From Macrostomum lignano (lineage: Eukaryota), in the NCBI GenBank assembly GCA_002269645.1, contig NIVC01003744.1, positions 15,262 through 79,261 on the forward strand: a stretch of DNA of 64,000 nucleotides, in the 5' to 3' direction. Positions 14,176 to 26,291 of this stretch are shown here, one piece after another. Each line of letters begins with the position of its first letter. Positions within the stretch are counted from its first letter, which is position 1. Below the pieces are notes generated by a model. That model searched no databases. It worked only from the letters and a program-made list of their open reading frames with translations, and was not told where the DNA came from. Made by a program: the position numbers and the translations under genes.

Positions 14176-14914
14176 CTTGGTGCAAGGACCACTAGGAACA
14201 CTTCGTTATTGTTTAGTAGTCCTTGTATCGAGTCTTAAACCATCTCACCCTAAACCCTAAAATCGAATGACAGATTTTCATTAGCTTTCAACAAGCGTTA
14301 AGTCGCCTGTAAAATCTTGCATCTCATGGGCTGATTATTGTTGAAGAATTTTCATGCGCCATGCAAACTAAGATTCTAAGTAGCTTTGTGGAACAAAAAA
14401 TCAATTAAACAATAGGGAGGCGAGATGGGTAAGCGAATACCCTAAGAATATCCTAGGATATGCCTTGTGCGGCGCTAAACCCAACTCCTCACTCCTCGCG
14501 TTTGTTGATCTCAAGCCATAATGGCTCACAGGCAAAGGACCCAGCTCACTTCTAATGTTGGAGCACAGGCTCCTACTCCTACTTAAAACAGGGGACTGCT
14601 GCAGTCCCTGCCAGTTAGAGCCTCTCTGCTGAGTTTGGCTTGCCTTTCTCGCCTTTCAATTGTCAGTTTTTTTCTAGCTTCTCCGAAACTACTTGGAATC
14701 TATAGCAGCTCCTGGCTTTTGTCTTTCGCACATTGTTCCCAGGGAGCTCGCTTGAGAACGCAGTGCCGTTCCGCTACAGTGACTGCTGCAGCATCCCCAT
14801 GCGGCTCAAAGCCTCTTTAACTCAACTTTTTAGAATGAGATAAAAAGGAGTCAAGCAGAGACGATCTGGTCGGCTTACTTTGAGCAGCAGTTCGCCACCC
14901 AAAACAGTCTGAAA

Positions 14915-15697
14915 ATGTACCTCTCAGGCCCTCTGCTGATGCTGCTGTGCGCTCGGCTCTGCTGGGCTGCTGAGTTCGTCTTTGTCGGCTGCTACAGGGA
15001 TTTCACGGGTGGCGCCAGGGACCTCGGCGGACTGGACGGCATGTCCTCCATCGGGCCCTACGCGGTAGCTGCAAAAGGCGTGAACAGGGCCGACATGACG
15101 CTGCAGCTGTGCAGCCAGATCTGCGAGCTAGGCAACTTCAAGTACTTCGGTGCGCAATACAGCAGCCACTGCTTCTGTGGAAACTCGTACGGCAGTCAGG
15201 GCGGTGCTCCAGTGAGCGACTGCAACATGAACTGCGCTGGCAACGCTAGCCAGATCTGCGGCTCGGGAAGCCGAAATTCGGTTTACCAGAACTTTTACCT
15301 CCGTCCAAGTGAGCAGCGGCAACTATTGTGGCTGAGGGATTTGATGGATTTGATGGGTTTGGATGAATTCGGATGGACCCACTTGTGGCCATTTTAGTCT
15401 TCTTTGTTTCCCTAAGCCAAACATTGATAATCAACTGCACTGAACTGCGTTTTGCTCATTGCAGTCGGCAACAAATTCGTCGAAACTCCCCGCGTCTACC
15501 TGAACCCGACCTCATCTGGCGGGCCCTTCTACAGCACCTTGCAGCCGGCCAGAAGCCTCATCGACTGCCTGCTGAGTTGCGACGCGAGCTGCCAGGCTGT
15601 CCTGTTCCACCTGGACACCTGCTACCTGCTGAAACTGCCGGCTCTGCCGCAGGAGCTGGTCGGCTTTGATGGTGGGAAGTTCGTTGTCCGTGGCTAG
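14915..15697 (+). CDS. Secreted WSC-domain + PAN/apple-like protein, 2 exons (14915-15308, 15465-15697), about 208 aa
   Basis: Signal peptide; WSC motifs FVGCYRD...MTLQLCSQIC...YFGAQYSSHCFCGN...CNMNCAGNASQICG. Donor A|gtgagc and acceptor ttgcag| share phase 1. Exon 2 has DCLLSCDASCQAVLF...TCYL (PAN-like). Confidence 0.88.
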
Positions 15698-17407
15698 AAG
15701 TCCTGATGATTCAGCTCGTACGTTGCGCTGCGATCAACTTGGTTGTGTGTTTTCTGTTAATCCTTATGTTAGTCACTGTGTGGTTTTTCAGTCTCTAAAA
15801 AACATTGGCTTGTTCCTAATTTACAAAATCCCGTGTTAGATTAATTTTAAATTTTATTAGTTTCAGTAATAACTGTTCAAACCTTCAAGACCAAACACCT
15901 TTATTGTGATTGTGAACACTGGCTAATGTGCAGGTGTACGCTAGTTCAGATTAAGTTGCAATTAAAGTGCAAAATAATAGTAAACCTAAAGAGACTGTAT
16001 ATTTACATGTACATGTATTTGTCTAGAAACTGGGCTCGACCATTGTGGAGGATCCTCCTCCTTTTTAATATGTAATGTAGAAAGTTAAATATACGGGTCT
16101 CGGCTTCGATCTTAGCCACTCTCCAGTATATGGACAAAGTGCGCCTTGCTTGTCGTATTTGAATTGGTGGCAGCGTTTGTCGAACCTGACAGTCGATCGC
16201 TCCCTTTGCTGTTGAATGCAAGGACAACTGGCTATATACAGTGATCCTTGGTTGAATGGTTTGGAGATACGTGGGCTACTACTATACCTACATGTAGTAG
16301 CGACATCCGTTGTACGAGTATCTGCACACACGTTCTATAGATCATGGCTAGACCACCAGCTGGGGCATGACTTTGGTTGGCCAAGATCGGCACAATGCCC
16401 GATGGGAAATACATTTTCTGTAATTGTCTGTTCAATGGCGCACATACACTGTACATGTACACATGCATGTGGAAAACAGGTAGATAGGAAGCGACAAAGT
16501 AACTGTCGAAGATAAACAAAAATGGTTGCAATCGACAGTTGTGGTAAAGATATATGATGAATATTGGCATATTTTATATGAAATAACTCTATATTTTGTT
16601 TACTGAAAATTTTATAATTTACACGAATGGCAAAACAAAAAAGCAAAGCTAGCTATAGGCTGAGTCCAGAGTGTGAGAAAACGAAGTACGTAGAAAGGTG
16701 CAAGAAAACGATTAGTCACGATAGAAAATAAGTTTAGTTTCATTTGATCGGCTGCTGACCAATTCGGCGATAAAAAAATTGGCGACAAAGATTTATCGTG
16801 GTCAAATTCGGCGAAAGCAAATTTGGCGACAATATAGTTAAATTCTGTGACAAAGAAAAAATTGTTTATAACCTTACTAAATCTCTGAAAAAATAGTATT
16901 AGTTATTGTATACCATATTAGCTTTCCTTTTTAATTGAGTTTGTTTTATCCAATCAATATGCTGTGTTTTCAAATGTGCTTTCCAAGAAACATTCAAGTT
17001 CAATTCTTTCTTGCAGCTTGCAGACTGCCCAATGGATCGAATTGCATTTTTTCTATCAAAGGTCATGTCAAACTGACAACCAGATAAGATAGTAGGCATT
17101 TGACTTGTCATTGATTGACTCATTGTGTCTGGGTTACTGCTTACTAGGTAAAAGTTCTTTACAAAGGCTTTATGTGGATTTCAAATTATGCATATTTATT
17201 CAAAAATTCATTATTCGAAATGTAAGAAAACGAATCAATAATTGTAAAAATATAGTTCTTTATAAATATTTTTTCTTCATAATCATAAGACATAGTTAAA
17301 ATACTGAACTTTCATTTAAAATAAATATTGAAAAAAAAGCTTTGACTTTTACTAGTTTTAGTGCATTGCTGCTAGTAATGCCAGTATTTTTTAAACATAG
17401 GCCTAGG

Positions 17408-17694
17408 CATACATGCACAACAGTCGGCCGATCCGGCCGACCGATTTGGCGGCCAACCAAGAAAGTCGCAAAAATGCCCACCCAAGAAATACCCAAATAG
17501 TAGTACTAAGTAGCTGATGAAGCATTCTGGCTTAGTAAGACAGTCTTAGTTACTTCTGCTGTTTACCCAAAGTTGCGATAATTTTGCTTTAGGGTTTTTT
17601 ACATGTAAGTCGCATTTTTGGCCAAAAACTATGTCGCATTTTTGTTAAAACTAAGTCAAATGGCCAACCAAATTTTCGAGATTGCGCATGTATG
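17408..17694. mobile_element. hAT-type MITE, copy 2 (287 bp)
   Basis: TIRs CATACATGCACAA / TTGCGCATGTATG; 8-bp TSD GGCCTAGG at 17400-17407 and 17695-17702; colinear with copy 1. Confidence 0.9.
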
Positions 17695-18109
17695 GGCCTA
17701 GGTCTAGAGAAAAATCTTTTTGTAATTATATTAGCTTTCAATAAATTGAAACAGGAAAAACTGTCATCTAGAAATAGCTGTCTTTTTATAGAAATAGCTT
17801 ATTAAAAATATGACATTTAAAAATAATAGGAGCTTTTGTATTTTTTAAATTAAACAAAAATAGTTAGCTATAGCATAAAACATCATTATTAATATGCAAA
17901 GCCAATGTATATAATAATAAGCTATTTTTAATTCTTATCTATATTAGATAATAAATACAATTATTATATTTCATATTTATTTTTATTTATAGAATTATAT
18001 TAAATAATTAAGGAAATGTGGGATAAAAATGTGGAAAATTAAAATACAAAATATAAAAAAGTTTTATAATATTTTTATAAATATTATATAAAAATAATAT
18101 TTATATTTT

Positions 18110-18398
18110 ACTGCCCGCCCCCCCCCCCCAAATAGCTTCAAGACCAAAAATATTGTGCCCCCTAAAAACATAAATTTGCGTCCTCTAAACTTGATTCTTT
18201 GTCCCCAAATGCCTTTTTTGCACCCTTAAGCTTGATTTTTTGCCCCCAAATGCATTTCTTGTGCCCCTAAGCTTGATTTTTTGCCCCCAACATGCATTTT
18301 TTGTGCCCCTTAGCTTAAAATTTAGTGCCCTTTACACTCGTGTTGGCGCCCCAAACTTGGACTGCCCCCCCCCCCAAAATGAAACTAGATCCGCCACT
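18110..18398. mobile_element. Probable truncated MITE end with internal degenerate subrepeats of about 37 bp
   Basis: Repeated ctaagcttgattttttgcccccaa units flanked by poly-C, ending in ACTAGATCCGCCACT (terminus-like). No matching left end was found. Confidence 0.35.
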
Positions 18399-18971
18399 AT
18401 TTTTTTTCTTTTACATTTAACAACTTGCATTATGAAATGAATTAGCAAAGCAGAAAACAAAACTTTTCAAATACAAGTTTTCAATTTAAATTTTTTTACT
18501 TTATGCATTGAATATAGCTTATAATATAACCATGCAATCACATGGAGAGGTGCACATAAGTTGCTGCAATTCACGGCCAACCCCTCCTCCCAACTTGAGA
18601 GATGACAGAGGAGAGTTGAGAGGTGAGGTAAGAGAGGCTAGGAGAGAAGAGATGAGTGAAAAGATAAGAGATGGAGATAGCAGGGAGTAGAGGAGATGAG
18701 ATGCGATGTGAGAGTAGAAGAGATAGTAGAAGAAAGGGGAGAGGAAAAGAAAAGTGGAGCAGAGGGAAGAGGAGATTAGAGAAGATAAGAGAGTCAGAGA
18801 GGAGAGGAGATAACTAACTGAGAAGATTCTAAAGTGCCCAAGGACCCCAAGGGCCAGATAGAGAGGCTTTGCGGGCTGGAGTTTGCCCACACCTGAATTG
18901 TAGGGGATATTGTGAGGGTAAAGAAGTTCATAAATGTTAGCAAAAAGTTGATTACTTCTCACAAATCTCTC

Positions 18972-19325
18972 ATGCCAATGAGCGACGTGAAAAGCTGCCT
19001 TGACGAGGCCCAGGCCGCTGTTCGCGAGGTCGCCTTCGCGGTGTCCAGCATTGAAATGTCGTCCGCTCTGCCAGCCGGCGGCTCGGAGGCCTTCTTGAAC
19101 ATCGTGACGCTGGAGGGTCGCCGGATGTGCGTGCGAATCGGCGAGGAGGGCTTCCGGGTGGTGTCCGACCAGCCAGACTGCCAGGACACCCCGGCGCCTG
19201 CCTGCTACGAGACTGTCTACGCCCTGCTTAGCGACCTCAGCGAGGGCTTCAGGAGCGCCTTCAGCGGGGCGCTGTCTGCCCGCCTGCTGGACCTGACTGC
19301 GGCTGCGGATGCTGACAAAAATTGA
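18972..19325 (+). CDS. GSKIP: GSK3beta-interacting protein (DUF727), single exon, about 117 aa
   Basis: EAQAAVREVAFAVSSIEMS...AFLNIVTLEGRRMCVRIGEEGFRVVS...YETVYALLSDLSEGFRSAFSGALSARL follows the GSKIP motif order. First ATG at 18972 (alternative 18978). Confidence 0.93.
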   Translation: MPMSDVKSCLDEAQAAVREVAFAVSSIEMSSALPAGGSEAFLNIVTLEGRRMCVRIGEEGFRVVSDQPDCQDTPAPACYETVYALLSDLSEGFRSAFSGALSARLLDLTAAADADKN

Positions 19326-19510
19326 TTGATTGACAATTGCGCCTGGCAAGTTGAACAGGTTAGACAGGTACTTAGATTGCTCCGCATTCGTAGGTAGTTT
19401 GTTGAGGAAACAAGTGGTTTAAAAGTGTAGACCGACAGGTAGTTGAATGAGTAGGCATGTAGTATGATGGATAAATTGGTTTGGTAGGTTTGATGGGTAA
19501 TGGTAGTTTA

Positions 19511-19808
19511 ATTGGTAGACAGGTAGTTTAGTAGGTAGACAGGTAGTTCAGTGGGTAGACAGGTAGTTCAATGGGTAGACAGGTAGTTCAATGGGTAGAC
19601 AGGTAGTTCAGTGGGTAGACAGGTAGTTCAGTGGGTAGACAGGTAGTTCAGTGGGTAGACAGGTAGTTCAATGGGTAGACAGGTAGTTCAGTGGGTAGAC
19701 AGGTAGTTTAATGGGTAGACAGGTAGTTCAGTGGGTAGACAGGTAGTTTAGAGGGTAGACAGGTAGTTTAATGGATAGACAGGTAGTTTAGTGGGTAGAC
19801 AGGTAGGT
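19511..19808. repeat. 20-bp minisatellite (GGTAGACAGGTAGTTCA[A/G]TG), about 14 copies
   Basis: Tandem copies just downstream of the GSKIP stop. Confidence 0.93.
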
Positions 19809-20731
19809 TGGCTGGTACACAGATAACATAATTAGAAACACAAATATATGCTTAGTATTTTAATGAGCAGATGAGTGGTTTAATGGATAGACAGGTAGTT
19901 TGGTGGCTTAGCTAGAGAGACAGGTGTACTGAGGCAGCAAGTATCGCGAAGACACTGTATTAAGAGTTCCAATACTAAATGTTTTTTTGATTTTCAATAA
20001 TAATTGTGCTTACCAAAATCTGTGTTTAATAATTATTTATATCTGTATAGCTCTATAGTTTTTGGCGTTCATGTTATTTTTAATTTATTATTTAATTAAT
20101 TATTAATTAAACTATTAGCATATGTCTATTGTAAATGATGATTTATTATTCAATTTGTTTCGTTGCTCTTCACTGCATCAGCCAAATTGCAGCCAAAAGT
20201 GTGCGTATCTACTTAGTGCAGCGTCTTGATGCATTTTAGAGTGGCACTCTGAGCTTGGAATCTCGCGATTACTATTAGTAGTATGTCATGGTGTTAATAT
20301 TTCATCTTTTAACCCTCTGGTCTAATTTTGGCGTTTTATAACTTTCTTACTTTGCAATTTTTTGCCTGATTGCTGCTCAGAAGGAATCTTGATGCGGAAA
20401 TATATATAAAAAGAACTGATTTTGTGCACTTGGATTGACAGTTCCCTTTGAACGCTATTGTGAACTTGAAATTGCTGTCAGTCAGGCTTCTCGGTAACTT
20501 TTCTCACTTTAAAGTGCTTCGGCTCTATGGGAGTCGTTTTAGCTAAATCTGCTACTGGCAGTAAAATCTTACTAATGTCTTAGCTTTGAATTCTGATACT
20601 CTTCGATTGACAGATTGAATTCGAAGTGCTTTTTATTCATCAAATAATCTGGGTAGTCAATAGGAAAAATTGATATATTATTTCATGTTGGGTAAATTTT
20701 TGAACATTTATAAAGGATGATCAACAGAATG

Positions 20732-21228
<497 letters not shown>

Positions 21229-24200
21229 ATAAAGGTAGCAGGCAGGTAGGTAAGTGCAGATCTGCAGGATCTCTGGGGATTTCGCAGCAGACTCCTGAAA
21301 ACCAGCGCAGCTTTTATTTCTCACCCCCCCCCCTCAAATAAGTCGCACCTGCCCCATCTAGCAAGCCTGATTAGCAACGGATTATGATTGCGTTGTGGCT
21401 CTGCTTTGCCTTGTGATTAGCCGCCAATCCGCAGTATCAGGAAAGGGTCTCCCCGCCCTTGTTACGGCGAGACCCTGTGGATTTAACAAGCAGAACAGGC
21501 AGGCTGCCTGAGCACTCGCTGTGTAGGGCCGAGTGCTGCACACTGAAGTTCAGGTGCCCTCTTGCGCTCGCACTCGCACTGTGCAGAGTTCACTATTATT
21601 CTTGCGGACTCGCTGCTGAGCTGCACTTTTCTGACAGTAGGCAGAAATCTCACGCGCCAGATTTTCTACACCTTTTCCGCGGCCCAACCTTGGGGCTGAT
21701 AAGCGCTGGCTTTGTGGGCCGGGGCTAGGGCTGTTTTTCTAATTCCCCACCTCGTGCCCTCTGCGGACAAAGTTTGCTCATTTCCTTATTTGGATTGGGG
21801 AAGACAGAATGGGAAGCAATGCGAAGGGCACGCCCGGAGCCTCCTGACCGAGTTTTCTGTTTTCTTATGGCAAAAACTCGCATATTTTTTCCCTCTGGTC
21901 TTACACGGCCTAAGATTGTGCGGGAAATTTCCCATTGGTTTGAAGCTCATGCTCATATTTTTCCCATGCCTACCTTTTTGGTGTGATATATTTCTGTAAA
22001 TGATCTTTAACTGACTGATAACTGGGTTGCTTGGATTCATGAAGGAATTGCTGATTGCCCATGATTGACGTCTTGAAAAATGAATAACTCGAATGACAAG
22101 AAAATTTGTGACAGACTTGTGTTGACCAACCTGTCGGTAATAATTTATGAATATCACAATAAAACGAATATTGAAATGAAACTTTTTTATTTTTGATTTT
22201 ATAACCAGAATTTTTCATTTGTGAATAACAATTGGTGTTACAAATAGAAGTGGGATTCGGGAAACGGCTATATATATATAGCAACATTTAACAAGCAAAG
22301 TTTCTTTTTGTGCTTTTGTCTATTGATTTTGACTTTTTTTTCAATTTTCCTTATTTAGAACCCAAGTTGAAAAGTAGTGCTTTGCGTTTGCGGCGTGCGC
22401 GGAAACGGAAGGACAACAATAAACTTTTGCGGTAGGCTTTCATGAGAAACTGATGAAAATCCGAAGAAAAATAGCGTCAACAAATTTAATACTCAGCAAG
22501 CCTGTGGATGGGATATGGGTCTGTCGGGGGGCTCTGCAGCTGTCTGTCAGATCGCTAACATTACAAAATGCGCCAAAGCTCTCGAACTTGCAGCGCCACG
22601 TGTCGGGCAGAATGGACCCAGAGCATGCGGGTTGCGGCACCCTGCTGCAGTCAGCACAAAAATCTCAGGTCTTTCAGAAGCCGGCGGCTTATCATATTTT
22701 TGGTGGAAGGGGGGGGGGGGCTGACAGCGCGGGGGACGCAACGCACAGCTTAGCGTGTAAAATCAATGGCAATTCATCGGTAACGCTGCTGCAGCATCAG
22801 GGAGATTTCACAGTTAGATACAAAATCAGGCGAAACTGCCGGCGCTTTCCACGCGAGCTTCTAGGAACTTTTTTTGACAGTTTTTAACCTTCAGTAACTT
22901 ATTTGTAATCAGTTTCACTTCGCGGGCAAGCGCTAGCAAAAATATAGAAGCATAATCTGAGTTTTTATGTACACAACATTTACAATTTTTGTTTGCTTTT
23001 TACAATTAGTTATTTACACGGACGATAAGTGAGTCAACAAGGACAGCATGTGAATAAATGGCTATAAAAACAACTTAGAATCTACATTGTTTGAAACTAA
23101 CAATATTTATATAGCTAAGGAGCATAGTTGTGCTTAAAACTGGATCTCTCCATATTAATATTGGCTGCCAATGTCATTAGGTTGCGGTGTTTTTGAACTA
23201 TAATACAAAAATGATTTAGCTGTCACTCCTGCTCCTCCGGCCAAAACTAGGACTCGTACAGTAAGGTCAAAAGTGCCGCGAATACCTTCCGGTTATTCGA
23301 ATACAAAACACTGACAAATCAAAGGAAAGAGCAATGGCTGACCTGACTTTTTATGCTTAAAACTTGAAAGAACAATCGACAGCAAAAAGGAGTGAGAATG
23401 GTAAACAAAGGCCTGCAAATACCGACAAAGTATAAAAATATGCGCGCATCCGCGATTACCTAAACAAAAATTGCACTGGTATCTTCAATGCTGCAAATCG
23501 ATGGTAACGGATGAGAATTAAATGTGTTCGCGCCTATCAGGTGGCCAGAGAAGCGACCGATGGGGCAGATGCGAACTGTGTAAACATCAACACTTCACAA
23601 AGCCAAGTGATGCGCTCGCAACTACTGCACTCCAAAATAGGATAAAAGTTACTGGGAGGGGCGCTGAAGGTATTGAATTCACTTGGGGTTCATCGACGTG
23701 GGGCTCCGATGGAGTATATAAAGCAGATGGAAAATGTGAAAATTCCGATGGACCTCATGAAGCAGAACTCGCTATTGCTTTCACACAGTTCGGTTACAGT
23801 GCAAATAAATAATTCTCACTAAGTGTGCAGACTGGGTCTAAGCGGGTGACTTCAGATAGATACATAAATATTCAATAACACACTCTAGAAGAGAATGAAC
23901 GACGCATTCAGATTTGCAGCGTGGGAGCTGCAGCGGGTGTCTGGTTCATAACTAAAACATAATTAGGAATAAATGAATAAATAAGTATGGAGTATATAAT
24001 AGTTGAACAGTACTGCTAATATTCACACACAGACAGACTGCACTGGATCGAGCTCTGCCTCTTCTGCAAGCTCCATGTAGCGTCTCCGTCTCCGACCTCC
24101 TACCCTTCTCTGTATTCCATCGCCCTGGCTCGAGTATCAATTTACAGAAGACACTGAGTCCGTCCCGACCCAGTCAAGCAGGTGAGGCAAAGCCGAACCA

Positions 24201-24389
24201 GTGCACACAAGAAGAGGGCACGCGCACTCTTCAGAGGGCAGACGCAGGCAAACTGCAAGCAAAAATTAACACAAAGAGGACGTCCAGTTTCAAGCAGAGG
24301 GCACTCCAATCCGTCCTCGCTTCCTCGCGTCTCATCGCTTACTTTTCTGTCGCCCAGTCTCCCAAGCAGCTTTGTTAATCCGCCATTGG

Positions 24390-26291
24390 TTAATCCTCTC
24401 GAATAGGGTCCAACAGCGAGGCCTGAGCGGAGGGCCGCATCAGGCTGACCAGAGTGCGGCGGCTGACCGCCCACACAAGAAGGCGCGGGGCCGGCGTTCG
24501 CGTCTGCAGGCGGCTCACGATGCCACTGATGGCCGCGTCAACTTCCGACAGGCTGTCTGAGGACAACTGAAGGTGTGGGGGTGAAAAACTCTGGTTTATA
24601 GGCTTAAATTCAGGCTTAAGCTGGCTTACAGATATTCAGTGTTGCACTGAACTGCAGCACTGGATCTCACCTGAAACAGATCGCACAGCTGCGACAGCAC
24701 CTCGTCAACAGCGTTCCGGTTCGCGGGCCCAGCGGCAGCCAGCAGGTGTTTCCGAGCGATGGCCAGCGCCAGCACGCACGGTCGGTGCTCGTAGACCGCC
24801 ACGGAGCAGAGGCTGGTCTCCAGCTCGCCCACGGCCCGCTGGAAGGCCTGGACGCTGGGGAAAAGCGACTGCAGCTCCAGCAGGAAGTGAAGCGGAGTGG
24901 CCGCCTCCTCCAAGCAGCGCTGGTCGCGCAGCTTGTTCCTGATGATGACCTCCATGCGCTCCAGGTCGTTGGCTGAGCCGCCGCACCTGGCCATGCAAAC
25001 CAGCTTCTCTGGCACCGGCCAATCCTGTTGGCGGAATATCGTGGCAGTGAGGCGATGTACATCTTTTTGCCCAAGTCCTTTGGCACTCAAGAGTCTCATG
25101 TGATGCTCTGTTGATGCGCCGAAGCAGATTCGATAACGCCTTCTTAACTGACTCACTCACTAGAGCCGCTAATTAGTAGATTCCCAAATTTTTCCCAGTG
25201 ATTAATGATGGATCAGCTCGACTAAGATCTTGGACAGGGAGACAAACCAGTGGGCCATAAATCAATCAATATTTGCTTACGCTCTGGTCCTCAATCATCT
25301 TGGCGGCTATCAGATAGGCAGCGGTTGCCAAGCAGGCCATGTACTTTGGCTTAACCTGGAATAAAATATTTTTAGAGCGTCATTCTATAGATTCGATCGC
25401 TGCCCTCCCTACAGTTGGTTTCCCAACGAACCAAATGTAGCTTTTATTATGTAAAAAGCATCTTAACTCACCTTGACCTTCACTACGAAGCGATCAGCAA
25501 TGTTCACGGCGTGGGCGAAGCACTCAGGCGACAGGTTGTAAAACTTGTGCAGGAAGCGCAGGTTGTAAATCGCCTCGTCGCGAAGCCTGGCGTCCACCTT
25601 GTCTTCGGAAGCCTGAGATTAGTAGTTAGGCTATTGCGTTACATTGCTGCCTAATCCTAGTTGTATTAAAATTTTCTGCTGGCAAACAACTCACCGAGTT
25701 GATCCGGAACAAGAAGTCAGTCTTGGGGTGATAATCCGGCTCCCTGGCTAGCAGCTCAATGAGACGAGCAATGGACTCATCCGTGAGGCTCACAGGCTCA
25801 GCGAGTCCCTGCAATAAGACGGTTGGGTGGCCCACGAATTGCAATCGCTCTGAAGATTAGTGAGTTCTCGTTCATATAAGCAACGAATAGATGAACTTCA
25901 TTACCTCATCATGCTGCAGCGGCTGGTCCTTTTCGCTGCACACTTCGCTTTCGCCATCAGAACTGCAGCTGTTGCTCCTTCCTCCATTGCTGCTGCTGTT
26001 GCTACTGTTGTTATTGTTGCCCTTGTCATTCTCCTCCACATTGTTGTTGTTTTCGAGTTCGTCACCGCCCGAGGCGCGGAAGTCCCGCCCTGCGGCGCCG
26101 CTAACACAGGCCTCGTCGCCTCGACGCGCCTCCTTGCTGCTTTTGGCCGCCCAGCTGTTGGCGGCGGCGCCCTGAGCTGCCGACTTTTTCGAACGCTTCC
26201 TGCGCACGCGTCTGTCATTGTGGACCATGGCGAACGGCTGCTGGGACTCCTGAGACTGCTGGCTGCTGATTTCTACAGTCGCGACTGGCAT
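24390..26291 (-). CDS. CCNG: Cyclin G/I-family protein, 6 exons (26291-25905, 25808-25695, 25612-25472, 25355-25281, 25024-24671, 24566-24390), about 415 aa
   Basis: All junctions are GT-AG and phase 0. Cyclin box RDEAIYNLRFLHKFYNLSPECFAHAVNIADRFVVKVK-VKPKYMACLATAAYLIAAK; ANDLERMEVIIRNKL; C-terminal LVWAVSRRT motif typical of cyclin G/I. The N-terminal acidic/Asn-rich exon is the least certain. Confidence 0.92.
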
